From the NCBI GenBank assembly GCA_013265495.1, contig MU061579.1:7044124-7108123 (forward strand): DNA of 64,000 nucleotides. The letters run 5' to 3'. The position numbers and the translations under genes were made by a program. Source of the DNA: Vicugna vicugna. Its lineage: Eukaryota. The notes beneath the pieces were generated by a model. That model was given only the letters and a program-made list of their open reading frames with translations. It was not told the origin of the DNA and ran no database searches. This document shows, in pieces, positions 26,480-39,059 of the stretch (the stretch's first letter is position 1; every line of letters begins with the position of its first letter).

Positions 26480-28170
26480 CACTTAAAACTGTGATGCAAA
26501 GGACTTCTGAGTAGGACTACAATAACTTTAAAAAATTATAAATATCCTATTTTTAAAGAGCTAGTAGAGATCTGGAGACAAAAATGTTTAAAGTTAAATT
26601 CCAAAGAGGAGAGTTGTTCTTGCTGAGCTGGCTTTATAGATAGAGTCTCAAAAGCATCAGCAGTTGTCATCATGAGACATTGGAACAGATGGAATGATAC
26701 AAAGCTGGGAGGGAAAAGCTTCTACAACCTCTTTGTGTCTAGGAGATAAAGTCCACTAGAACATAACAGTAATTGTCTTGCCATTGGAACATTTTAATTA
26801 AAATAAAACTGATTAAAACTATAACCTGGTTGTACCCAGTTTGAATACTGAATAGATTGACATGACTATCCTCTCACTCTATTATCAGTCTAACACAGAA
26901 ACATGAACCCCTAAATAAAAGTTACATAAAATGCCAAGAATACAATGAAAATTACAACACATGTGAAGAATCAAGAAAATGATTACTAAATGAGGAAAAT
27001 TTAGATAATAGAAGTCAACCTCCCAGATGACCAAGATGATGGAATTGGCAGTCAAAAACTATTAAATAACTGTTATAAATATGTTAATGAAAATAAAGGA
27101 AAAGATAGTTAAAAGGGATAAGATGGATAATTTCAAAGAAATGAAATCTATAAAAAAGAAATGGATATTTTAGAACAATATCTAAAATTAAAAACTTATT
27201 TGATGGGCTTAACAGTAGACTGAACACAGGGTAAGACTAGATTAGTGAACTCCAAGAGAAATCAATAGAAAATATCCAAATTGAAGCACAGACTGAAAAA
27301 AAAAAAAAACCAGGAAAAACAGAATAAAGCAGAAGAGACCTGTGAGGCACAGTCTCACATAAGTGTAACTGGGGTCCCATAAAAAGAGGATGGGAGAGAA
27401 GTAACAAATGAGAATTTTCCAAAACTGTTTAAAAGCATCAACCCACATGGGTTCAAAAAGCTCAGTAAACCACAAGCAAGAATATTGCTCCTGATAACAT
27501 TATAATAAACTGTTGAAAACCAAAACTAAAACTGAAAATCAATCGAAAGGAAAAAAATCACTACCTTCAGAAAACAGACTTTTAGCTGATTTTTAATAAA
27601 GAAGCTTTGGAAATCAAAGGACAATGGAATATCATCTTTAAAGAGCTAAAATGAAAAAGACAACCAAGCTACATTGCCAAATGTAGTAAAAATATCCTGC
27701 AAAAGTAAAGACAAAAATCATGATATTTTCAGGCAAAAGTAAAGACTTAGTCATCAGCTAGCTCACATTTAAAGAAAAACTAAAAGGCGTTTTTCTGCCT
27801 TAGTGAAAATGACCACATATAAAAGCTCAAATCCCTAAGAAGGAATTAAGAGCACTATAATGAAAGATGAAAGAACACTGACTATGTTAAGCTACAGTAA
27901 TGATGCTGTGTGGAGGTTATAACATAAGATAAAAAGGGCAAAAGGGAAAATGCAGTTCCCTCTTTTAAAGGTAGTCTTACATTATTTGGGAAGTGATAAA
28001 TGTCCAAAGTTTAAGCTGTAAAATGTCAAGAGTGAATACTGTAACATCCCTACATATAGGAAAACCACTAAAGAGGATTACAAAAAGACATAAAAATCTC
28101 ATGGCAGAGATACAATAGAATACTAAAAATAATTCCTTTAAAAAGAGCCTGGAAAAGAAGAATGAAGCAT
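26480..28170 (+). mobile_element. Old L1M (ORF1 and inter-ORF remnant), host of the younger L1
   Basis: A-rich degraded ORF1-like sequence (gatgaccaagatgatggaattggcag…agagacctgtgaggcac…caatggaatatcatctttaaagagct). Confidence 0.75.
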
Positions 28171-30224
28171 AATAGGTGGAGATGATGGCGGAGCAGGAAG
28201 ACCCTCACCTCCTCTCATGGACGCATCAAGATTACACCTCTTTACAGAGCAACTGTTGATGAGAAAGACCAGAATCTAGGAGAAAAGAACTTCTACGACT
28301 AAAGAAGGAACCACAATGAGATGAGTAGGAGGAGTGTAGGCACAGTATAGTCAGGACCCATACACCCAAGTGGGCAACCCACAAACAGGTTAATTACCAC
28401 TGCAGAGGTTCTCCCCAAGAAGCAACGGATCTGAGCCCTACACTGGGCTCCCATGCCCAGGGGTCCTGCCGCAGGAAGACGGGCTCCTAGAACACTTGTT
28501 TTTGAAGGACAGTAGGGCTTACTTTTGGGAGACCCAGAGGGCTGTGGGAAATAGACTCCATTCTTAAAGGGGGCACACAGAATCTCATGTGCTCCAGGAC
28601 CCTGGGCAGAAGCAGTAATTTGAAAAAAGCCTGGGTTAGACCCACCTGCTGATCTTAGAGAGTCTCCTGGAGCGATGGAAGGTGACTGAAGCTCACTCTG
28701 GGGACACAGACACTGGCAGCAGCCATTTTTAGGAGCTTATCCTACCACATGTTCACTGGTGCTGGCAAGTGCATTTTTCCATCCTTCCTCTAGCTTATTA
28801 CCCTCAGGACCCAGTCCCACCCACCAGCCTGTAGGCACCAGAACTGGGATGCCTCAGGCCAAACAACTAGCTGGGCAGGGACACAGCCTACCCACCTGCC
28901 TTAAAATGCCTGAGCCCACAGCCACACTGGGACGCAGACCTGTTCACCAGAGGGCCCAGGATGCAGCCCTGGCCTCACACCACTGGGCAGGCACCAGCCC
29001 TAGGAATCCCTGGAACCTGGCCATGCCCATCAGCCCCAGAATCACAGCAGCCTTACAGCCAGCCACGGCAGGGCCCATCCCACTCACCAGCATGCCAGTA
29101 CCAGCTCCAGGGCCTTGCAGCTAGAGATCCTAGGAACAGACTCTACCCACCAGTGAGCCAGCACTAGCCCCAAGACCCCATGGGCCTTTGACCCATACAC
29201 AAGCAGTCTAATACCAGCTCTGAGTCCTCTGGGACCCTGGGACCCGGTATGCCTGCTAGTGGGCTGGCATTAGCCCCAGGTCCCAGCTTCACCTACTGAT
29301 GGTCAGACAATAACCCTGGGATTCCCTGGACCCAACCGTGCCTCCCAGTGGGTGGTCACCATCACCAGGGCCACTGCAGCCCCACAACCTGCCTTGTCAA
29401 GACCTAATCGACATACAGGCAGGCCAGCACTATCCCAAGAACCCCCAGGGCTCAGGCCTTGTCCACAAGCAGATAAGTCCAGGTCTTCCTCAGTAAGTGG
29501 TGCCAAGATCCAGCCCCACCCACCTGGAAGGCTGACACCAGCTTTGGGAACTTCAGGGCGCTGCATCCAGAGAAACTAGGGCCCAGCTCCATCAACCTGT
29601 GAGCCAGCACTAGCCCTGGGACCCCCCTCTGCCCTAGTCCCTGGCCCTGTCCACCAGCACACCAACACCAGCTCTAAGATACCAAGGACTCCTCAGCCAT
29701 CCACCCTGGGATCCAGTACCACTCACCAGCAGACCAGCACCAGTTTTACCCCAAAACCTTCAGCTAGACATATCAGGAACAGCCCCACCCACAAGCAGGG
29801 CAACATTAGAGCTGGGAGCGCCTTCCCTGTAACCACCACTCTAGAACCTGACTCCACCCACCACTGAGTCACCAGTAGCCCAGGTATCCCCAGGATTCCA
29901 AAGCCAGCCTCCTCGTGACTGGGTCCTGCCAACCAGTGGCTGGTAGCCTCTGAATAAGGCAGGGCCGGGCAGCCAACCAGACCAGGGGCCAGCTGCAAAG
30001 GCTGACTACTGTGGGAGCTACCAGACCTCCCACAGTAGTCAGCCTGCCACAACAGAAGGACCCACACAGCCCACTTAGAGGTGCTCCTAGAGCATATAGC
30101 TCTGGTGACCAGAAAGGAGTATGCTGCTGGGAAACATGGAAAGAGTCCTACAAATGGCCACTTCTCCCAGATTCAGAGGCATAACCAGCCTACCAGATAC
30201 ATAGAAATACAAACAACAAATTAG

Positions 30225-31155
30225 GCAAAACAAGAGGACAAAGGAACATGCTTCAAATAAAGGAACAAGGTAAAACCTCAGAAGAACTAAGTGGAGATAA
30301 GCAATCTACTCAGTAAAGAGTTCAAAGTAATGATTGTAAAGATGATCAAAGAACTCAGGAGAATGCGTGAACAGAATGAGAAGTTAGATGTTTTTAACAA
30401 AAAGTTAGAAAATATAAAAAACCAAACAGATATGAAGAATACAATAACTAAAATAAAAAATACACTGAAGGGTATATGTATGTATATATATGGCTGAACT
30501 ATACTTCAATAAAAGAAAAAAAACACTGAAGGGAAACAACAGTAGATTAAATGATACAAAAGAACAGGTCAGTGAACTTGAAGATAGAGTAATGGTAATT
30601 ATTGAACAGAAAAAAGAATGAAAAATGAGGACAGGTTAAGAGACCTCTGGGACAACACCAGTCATACCAACATTTGGATTATAGGGTCCCAGAAGGAGAA
30701 GTGGTGGAGAAAGGGGCGGAGAACATATTTGAAGACATAATAGCTGAAAACTTACCTAACTTGGAAAAGGAAACGGCCAGATTCAGGAATGACAGAGAGA
30801 CCCAGACAGGATCAACCCAAAGGGGGCCAAACCAAGACATATTATAATTAAAATGGCAAAATTTAAAGATAAAGAGAGAGATTAAAAATAGCAAGGGAAA
30901 AGCAACAACTTACACACAAGGGAATGCCCATAAGGATATCAGCTGACTTTTTAGCAGAAACTCTGCAGGCTGGAAGGAAGTGACAGAATATATTTAAAGC
31001 AATGAAAAGGAAAAGCCTACAACCAAGAACATTCTCCCTGGCAAGGCTCTCATTCAGATTTGATGGAAAGATCAATAGTTTTACCGACAGGCAAAAGTTA
31101 AGAGTTTAGCACCACCAAACCAGCTTGATAAGAAATGTTAAAGGGACTTCTGTAA
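30225..31155 (+). pseudogene. L1 ORF1 remnant (disrupted)
   Basis: ORF1-like peptides in the ORF track (30291-30497); ends gaaatgttaaagggacttctgTAA; contains frameshifts and a nested insertion. Confidence 0.85.
30473..30522 (+). mobile_element. 50-nt L1 3' tail nested in L1 ORF1
   Basis: tatatgtatgtatatatatggctgaactatacttcAATAAAagaaaaaaa flanked by TSD acactgaaggg at 30462-30472 and 30523-30533. Confidence 0.85.
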
Positions 31156-31660
31156 GTAAACAAAACAAAACAAAACATAACTAGAGACTTGAAATTACAA
31201 AAGGAAATAGCTCAAGGAAAACTACAAAAGAAAAAAGGCAAATATACGGTAAAGGTAGTAAATCAACTACAAATAAGCTCATAGGAAGATTAAAAGACAA
31301 AAGTAGTAAAATCATCTATATCCACAATAAGCAGTTAAGGGATACACCAAACAAAAAGATGTAAAATATGATGTCAAAAACAGTAATCATGGAGGGGCAG
31401 GAGTAAAAATACAGGGTTACTAAAATGCATTGGAAAGTAAGAGATCAGCAGCTTAAAACTATATCTATATGTATATATGAGTGATATATATTCCTATATA
31501 TAAACATCATAGTAATCACAAATAAAAAAATCTCTGATACACAAAAAACAGGGATCCAAACATAACATTAAAGATAGTCATCAAATCACAAGAGAAGAGA
31601 GCAAGAGAAGAGGAAAGGAACAAAAAAGAATTACACAACAACCCCAAAACAATGAACAAA

Positions 31661-33690
31661 ACGGCAATAAGTACATACCTGCCAATAATTACTTTAAACG
31701 TAAATGGACTAAATGTTCCACTCAAAGACAGAGTCGCTGAATGGATATAAAAACAAAACCTGCATATATGCTGCCTACTTCAAGTCTAAAGACATACACA
31801 GACTGAAAGTGAGAATGTGGAAAAAGATATTCCATAGAAATGGAAATCAAAAGAAAGCTGGGGTAACAATATGTATATCAAACAAAGTAGAATTTAAAAC
31901 AAATACTGTAACAAAAGACAAGGGAGGACATTACATAATGATTAAGGGATCAATCCAAGAAGATGCAACAATTATAAATCTACAAGCACCCAACATAGAA
32001 GCACCTAAATACATAAAGCAAATATAAATAGACATTAATGGAGAAATTGACAGTAACACAGTAATAGTAGGGGACTTGAAAACCCCATTTAAATCAATGG
32101 AGAGATCATTGAGACAGAAAATCAATAAGGAAACACTGGCCTTAAACGGCACACTAGACCAAATGAACTTAATAAATTATATAGAAAATTTCATCCAAAA
32201 GCAGCAGAATGCACATTCTTTTCAATATGCACATGGAACATTCTCCATGGTAAGTCAAATGCTAGGTCACAAAACAAGTTTTGATTTAAGAAAACTGAAA
32301 TCCTATTAAGCATCTTTTCTCACTACAATTCTGTAAGAGTAGAAATCAACCACAAGGGAAAAACTGCAAAAAAACACAAACATGTGGAGGCTAAATAATA
32401 TGCTACTAAATAACCCTGAATCACTGAAGAAATCAAAAAATACCTGGAGACAAATGAAAACAAAAGCACAATGAGCCAAAAATCTAGGGCATGCAGCAAA
32501 AGCAGTTCTAAGAGGGAAGCTTATAGCAATAAAAGCCTATCTCAGGAAATAAGAAAAATATGAAACACTCTAAACCTTATACCTAAAAGAACTAGAAAAA
32601 GAACAAATGAAACCCAAAGTTAGTAGGAGGAGAGAAATCATGAAGAACAGAGCAAAAATAAGTGAAATGGAGACTTAAAAAAAAATAGAAAAAATCAAAA
32701 AAGCTAAGAGCTGGTTCTTTGAAAAGATTTTTTTAATGATAAACCTTTAGCCAGACTCATTAAGAAAAAAGAGAGAGGTCCCAAGTCAACAAAATCAGAA
32801 ATTAAAAAGGAGAAATTACAATGGACACCACAGACATACAAAAGATCATAAAACATTACTATAAACAACTATACTCCAGTAAAATAGATAACCTAGAAGA
32901 AATTAACAATTTCCTAGAAATATACAATCTTCCAAAACTGAACCAGGAAGAAATAGAAAATATGAACAGTAATGAAATGGAACCAGGGATGAAAAGAAGT
33001 CCCAACAAACAAAAGTCCAGGTGAATTCTACTAAACATTTAGAGAAGAGTTAATACCTAGCCTTCTCAAACTATTCCAAAACATTGCAGAGGAAAGAACA
33101 CTTATGAACTCATTCTATGAGACCAGTATCACCCTGTTACAAAAACCAAAGATATATCACAAAACAAGAAAATTACAGGCCAGTATCACTGATGAACATA
33201 GATGCAAAAAATACTCAACAAAATATTAGCAAAATGAATTCACTTATACATTAAAAGGATTATACACCATGATCAAGTGGGATTTATACCAGGGATGCAA
33301 GGAAGGTTCAATACCCACAAATCAATCAATGTGATACACCACATTAACAAACTGAAGAATGAAAATCATATGATCAATTCAACAGATGTGGAAAAAAAGG
33401 CTTTGACAAAGTTCTATATCTTTATGATATTGATTTTTTTTAAAAACCTCTCCACAAAGTGATAGTATCAGTGGAACATACCTCAACATAATAAAGGCTA
33501 TGTGTGATAAGCCTACAGCTAACATCATACTCAACAATGAAAACCTGAAAGCACTTCCAGTAATATGAGGAATAAGACAAAGATGACCACTCTTGCCACT
33601 TTTACTCAACATAGTATTGAAAGTCCTAGCCACAACAATCAGACAAGAAAAAGAAATAAAAGGTATCCAGATTGGAAGGGAAGAGGTAAA
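31661..33690 (+). pseudogene. L1 ORF2 remnant (endonuclease and N-terminal RT), start codon mutated to ACG, truncated before the F/YADD motif
   Basis: acggcaataagtacatacct…TLNVNGLN; ORF-track fragments 31713-32027, 32076-32309, 32821-33024 and 33277-33462. Confidence 0.9.
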
Positions 33691-34829
33691 GCTCTCAAGA
33701 GACTAGAAAAAGAAGAGAAAATTAAACCTAAAGAGATTCAAAGAAAAAGACACATTCATCAGAATACAGTCGCTTTTAAAACACTTTCGAAGGTTCTCAG
33801 TACCTTTTGTATACCTCTGAGGATAAAAGGGTGATAGAACTTTAGAGCTGGAAAAAACCTTGAGATCATTAAGTAACCAAGGAGTTAAAAATCCTTCATT
33901 TTACACAGGTGAAAATTGAGACCCAAAGAAGTGAAGGAATCTGGTATTTCCTGAGCTCCTAAAATACACCAGCTGCTGTGTTGAGCACTTTTCAACACAC
34001 AGCCCCATTGAGGCCATTATTTCTCCACCTCTATCAGTGAGGATGCTGAGACTTAAGTAGTTTCTGTAATTGACCCAGAGTCCTGCAAATAGTAAGATAT
34101 GAAGCCAGGATTCTGACCTAGGTCTCTTTAATTCCAAAGCCTATACTCTTCCTACAGTAAGACTCTAAGTGGTTAAATTAGAAGCCATGTGAGGCCTAGA
34201 ATCCAAGTCCCTTTTCCCCAGTCTATTTCTACCAACACTACAAAAGTGAAAAAAAATGGTAAATTAATGCCCTGTTTCAGTTCTGTGGGATTCTTTCACA
34301 TACAGTTGAATGAGTCAGATAAAATTATCACTGATTTAGTATGCAGGGTGCTTTTCCCTAGTGGGGAATGAAGCTTTGTTGCCCAAGGCTTTATTAAAAG
34401 ATTGCTTGAGCCAACCATTAAGTTCTATGATAAACTTTGACTTTTTAAATCTAATTTCTCTGGACAGAGAAACTTGAAGCTGCCAAAATCTGTACTTGGA
34501 AATGCCACACATGCAAATTGTGATAACAACAAAGATTTCTTAGGGCTTTTTTTTTTCCCTCACACTTACCCAGTATTTACTCACAGTACAAGGTCCAGGT
34601 CTGCTATACCCAACCAACCTAAAGTCTCCATGTGATCCTGGATATGCACATTTCACAGCATTGCACAATAAAACAACCAGCAAATGTATGTAGTGCCTAT
34701 CATTTATGACTTGATGCCAAGCAGTATAGAAGTAACACACTATCTCTATACTGTTAACTATGCACTTAAACAGAGAGAGGGAGAGAGAGAAAAACGTGCA
34801 TGCAGTTATATATAATTTGATAAATATGA

Positions 34830-35340
34830 AAATATGGTATTAAGCAAGTGCTATGAGAGCCAGATGGAATACGTTTCCCTGACTCTGTGCATCAGAAAAG
34901 ACCTCCAGAGGAAGTAATGTTTGCACTGAAGCTTTCCATCTTAACACCTAAGGCAGGGGATATGCAGTGCCTTAATTGTCCAGAGACCAGCAGTTGCTGA
35001 ATGTAGTTAGACTAGCTTAATGACAGGGCATTGGGGAACATGAGGCAAGAAATACAGTTTGAGGCCCGGCCTCATAAGGAAGTTTCAGCTTACATTTGTT
35101 AGCAGTGAGGAGGACATTCTGTTCAGATGTGTTCCTCTGGAGGTGGTGTTGTGAAGAGGCTGGAGGTGAGACATCTAACTAGGCGCCTAGCTAATGTCAT
35201 GATCCAGGTGAAAGATAATCTGGTGTGGTAAGAGGTAAAATAGAGGGGAGGGCATAGATTAGAGACATTTAAGAAACGGAATTGATGTTGACTAGTTAAA
35301 GGGGGGAGGGTTGATGCAGAAGAATGAGTCAGAGGTGATT
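34830..35340 (-). mobile_element. LINE-2 fragment
   Basis: aagtgctatgagag…gatccaggtgaaagataat…gattagagacattt, L2-like reverse-strand body. Confidence 0.55.
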
Positions 35341-38300
35341 ATGCCAGTACCCAGGGTGTTGGCTCTTGCATCCATTCCACCATCATAGATGCTTAAGTAT
35401 ACACATAAATCACATTGCAGAGTAATCTACAATCCGCATTTACAAAAGGTGATTATTTGCTGAAAATAAAATCTGTACTGACCAACAAGAATGTATCATA
35501 TTCATTACTCACAATCTCTGTTTTCTTCCTGATTCTTTTCTGTCTTTGTCTGGGAAGCGAGTGAAAATAGTAACCAAGAGTAGGTAAGGAGCAAGTTGAA
35601 TCACAATATCCGTCTGTACCATCATAATTCTATGAACACTTCTCATATTGCTTTATATTTTTCTTCTTTATAGTATCAGGGACAGAGCAATTTTGTAAAC
35701 ATCTGTCTTGGGTCAAATGCAAAGAAAACTTTGTGGAGGTCAAAGCTGGTGTCCCAGCTTGGAAATACGCACAGATATAGGACAGCTCTGTGAGTCTTCT
35801 GTGTTATGGCCCCTTCTGTGTTCTCAGCTGTCCATAGCAGCCTCGGAAGTACCAGGAGGTGCTGCTCTTTCTCCTGTTCTTCCTCTTCCTTCCTTAGCAC
35901 CTGAGATGCTGGAGGATGTGCATATCTAATTGTGGGACTATCATTAGTCCTGACCCCTTTCCTGCTTTGTTATGACAAGCTGCAAAACCATCTTCCCAGC
36001 CATTCTGCATATCTAAATGGCATGGTTTGAGGCAATTTAAATATTTTAGCATTTTTATTTATGTACAAATGATATATGGAAGAGATAGGAGTTTTAACTA
36101 ATTTTAACTTGGGGAAAAGGAATCTCTGGTAGTTTTTACCTGGTTTGGCATTTATACTTTGTCTGCTATACAAAAACATGTATTATTATTAATGAATGCT
36201 CCAAGTTTTCCAAACCCACTATTAAGATTAGTGTTGCTGGGCTAGAATCAAATATTCATACACTACCAGTAATATTATACATAATTTAAAGTGTATCTTG
36301 TCATTGCAAATGGATTCACCATGGTGCTTTCCCTCAACTGTAAAATTATTTTCTTGCCCCAAAATGGAGCAGGCTTGTGAATTTTTACGCAGCCTTGGAA
36401 GAGACAGCTGAGTAAGCGTTTGGGAGAGGCTTCAAATTCTGTCTCTGTGAAAATGGAATTAATTGGTCTCCAGTTTGAATCAGGTATAAATATAGAGGTG
36501 ACCAAGATTAACCAGCAACAGGAAAGTAATCATATCTTTAATTGCCTAGTAGTCTCAAGGAAGTACTGGACTCAACTTTTTCCAAACTATAGCAGATGAG
36601 TGTAAAAAAAATCTAGATCAGTCATTGCATCCATCTCTATACCTCATTTCTTCAAGAAAGGAATAATAATGAGGCTAAACTTGATTTAAAATGTTCAGCT
36701 AGCCTTAAATTTTTACTAGTTTTGTAACTGTGTAATCTGGCATGAAAGTGGTGTTTGTCTTCCTGTAAGACCCTGTACAGTGCACGCCAAGGGTCTTAGT
36801 ACCTTCCACTGCATTTGTCTTTACTTTCTTACTAATCATAATTATTATGTTTTCTTTTATAATTTCCTCTTATAAGTGGCTAAAATAGACTATTAAGCAG
36901 TTTCTTTAATACAGTTCAGGATGGAAGGCTGTTCCTGGTAGTTTTTATCAGTGATATGATAATGATTTCTGCTTTTATTCTAATTCAGTCTGTTGAATTT
37001 TCTCAGGAAATTGAGGAGGCAAGAGGCCTGCCTTTTCTCACTTTATCATATATCATTGATAATTATGGTTGGCACGAACTGGCTTATGTTTCCTTGAGGG
37101 TACCAAGTGTCTCACCCAATTCTCTTTTCTAACATTACAAACCAACCAACTGAATTTGTGTTCTACCTTTTTAGCCCCTGGAGAAAATGTTAAAACATGT
37201 TTTCCCCTTCTAACTAATTTTGCCCTTTAGTGCAGAATAATTTTTCCTTTCTTGGAAGTTTTTCTAATGCAAATAAATGAATTCTTGCAAGGGCAAACTT
37301 TATTTTAACACTGTCCTTCTAAATCGAAGCAGAGCTGTATTCACAGAAATGACATTCATAAAGCAGGAGCAAAGAAAGCAGTACATTTTAAGGGATCAAA
37401 AAGTCATTTGTCTTTTTTGAAGTATCATGTATTTAAATAAGATAATTAACAGGATCATATTCATATACAGTATATTGAAAATATGCTACTAGGATTTCTC
37501 TCAAATCTTTGTTAGGTGAAATTAAAATAAGAAATGTATCTGAATAATAATTTTACCATTTGAATAAGTTTATTTATATCTCATCTTACTACCTTTATTA
37601 TCTCTACCTCAAGACTACTACTAAAACTAAACACACATTTCTTTGACTCACATTCTTCATTTTAAAAAGTGTCCAGCTTCTTATTTTTGGAATTTAAAGA
37701 TCTACGTGAACATATATAACATTAGTGGGACACGTATATTGACTATATTGTGAGTACTTTGTATGGAGAACTCATCCACTCTTCCCAATAGTTTATGAGG
37801 GAATTAGTGTTGTTGTAACCATTGTACAGACAGGCTAACCGAGGAGAAAAAAGGATTCCTGACTCTTGCCAGGATATACCGCTAGTAAGGACCTGTACAG
37901 GACACGAACCTGAGGAGGTCTGATGCTAGGATTTACATGTTAACCATTCCACAGTGCTGCTTCTCAATTTCTCAGCTTTTGTTTCTTCTGAACTAAGATG
38001 TGTTCAATTCAACATACAAAGTCCTCTTAATCAATGGGTCTTAAATTCCCCTTGGAGCACAGGCATCTGTTACAATCTTACCTTTTTTAGTATATCTTCA
38101 TCTCAGATATATCAAGGTCAAAGAATAGCATTCCCGACTTCCACCTTTCCCCCAATTTCAATCCATATTTTTCATTCCTTTTTAAGGCACACTCACATGC
38201 CAGTGCGCTGTACAGCACAGAAAACTGTTTATTTCTAGAAGTGATTAGTCCATGATTCTTTGCCTCCCATAGGGGCCATCACCCCTCTAATCCTTGGGGA

Positions 38301-38489
38301 GAAAGTGAATGAAAGAATAGAGACATATTGTAAATAGCCTCTGACTGCCCCAGCTTTACACTGAACTGGGAAGATACAAGGCAGAGATAAAAATGTACAA
38401 TATTAAAACCAAGACCAAATCGAGGAAATTCAACTAGTTCTGAGACATGCAGAATTAAATTAAGATTCACAAACTCTGGACAAAAATCA

Positions 38490-38695
38490 TGTTAATAGCA
38501 AACGTTTACTGAGCAGCATTTATGTGCCAGGCGCCATTCTGCATCGCACATGTAGTGATCTGCATCGCCTGACAAGAGTAGTGATGAGGGGTGGGTATGA
38601 CTGTTACGCTCATCTTGCAGATACAGAAACAGGCACACAGAGCTGGGATTTGAAGCCAGGCTGACTGACTCTGAGGTTCATGGTCTTAACCACTT
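38490..38695 (-). mobile_element. MIR SINE
   Basis: aatagcaaacgtttactgagcagcatttatgtgccaggc…gctgggatttgaagccagg…tcttaaccact. Confidence 0.8.
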
Positions 38696-39059
38696 TAGAC
38701 ATTTTTCCTGCCACTTGATATGAGATGCTTCATTTTGACCTCACTATCTACCCTTTGCGTCAAAATCCAGATCAGTTTTGTGCAGTACATTGGGCAGCTG
38801 TCCATGGCTGTGCATATTTAGCTTTCCAAAAGGGTTGTCCAAGTTCCATCAGTAAAAATTCAGGGGCTGCAAGTCACCATAAACAAGGAACATGATAGGG
38901 ATTTGGCAGCTTATTGTAATTTGCCATGAATATTCCCAAATTACAGTTGCTGGTTGGAAACACCTTAATAGCACTACACTCTGAGAGTTCTGAATATCCA
39001 TGTACCCCATTGCTGAAGACACATGGAGCGTTAACAGCAGTTGTGGGTAGAAAATTCAG

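Larger units (their letters stand above)
28175..33690 (+). mobile_element. L1 with 5' UTR, ORF1, inter-ORF and partial ORF2; 3' end missing
   Basis: 5' start (gatgatggcggagcaggaagac), about 2 kb GC-rich repetitive UTR, ORF1 peptides (KEFKVMIVKMIKEL), endonuclease peptides (KKAGVTICISNKVEFK…GHYIMIKGSIQE) and RT peptides ([24 protein letters not shown]). Many stops and frameshifts. Confidence 0.95.

Noticed and set aside
28759..30067. Pro/Ala-rich ORFs
   Set aside because: Products of the GC-rich repetitive L1 5' UTR.
31661..33690. Active or domesticated reverse transcriptase
   Set aside because: ACG start, many stops and frameshifts, and truncation before the catalytic motif.
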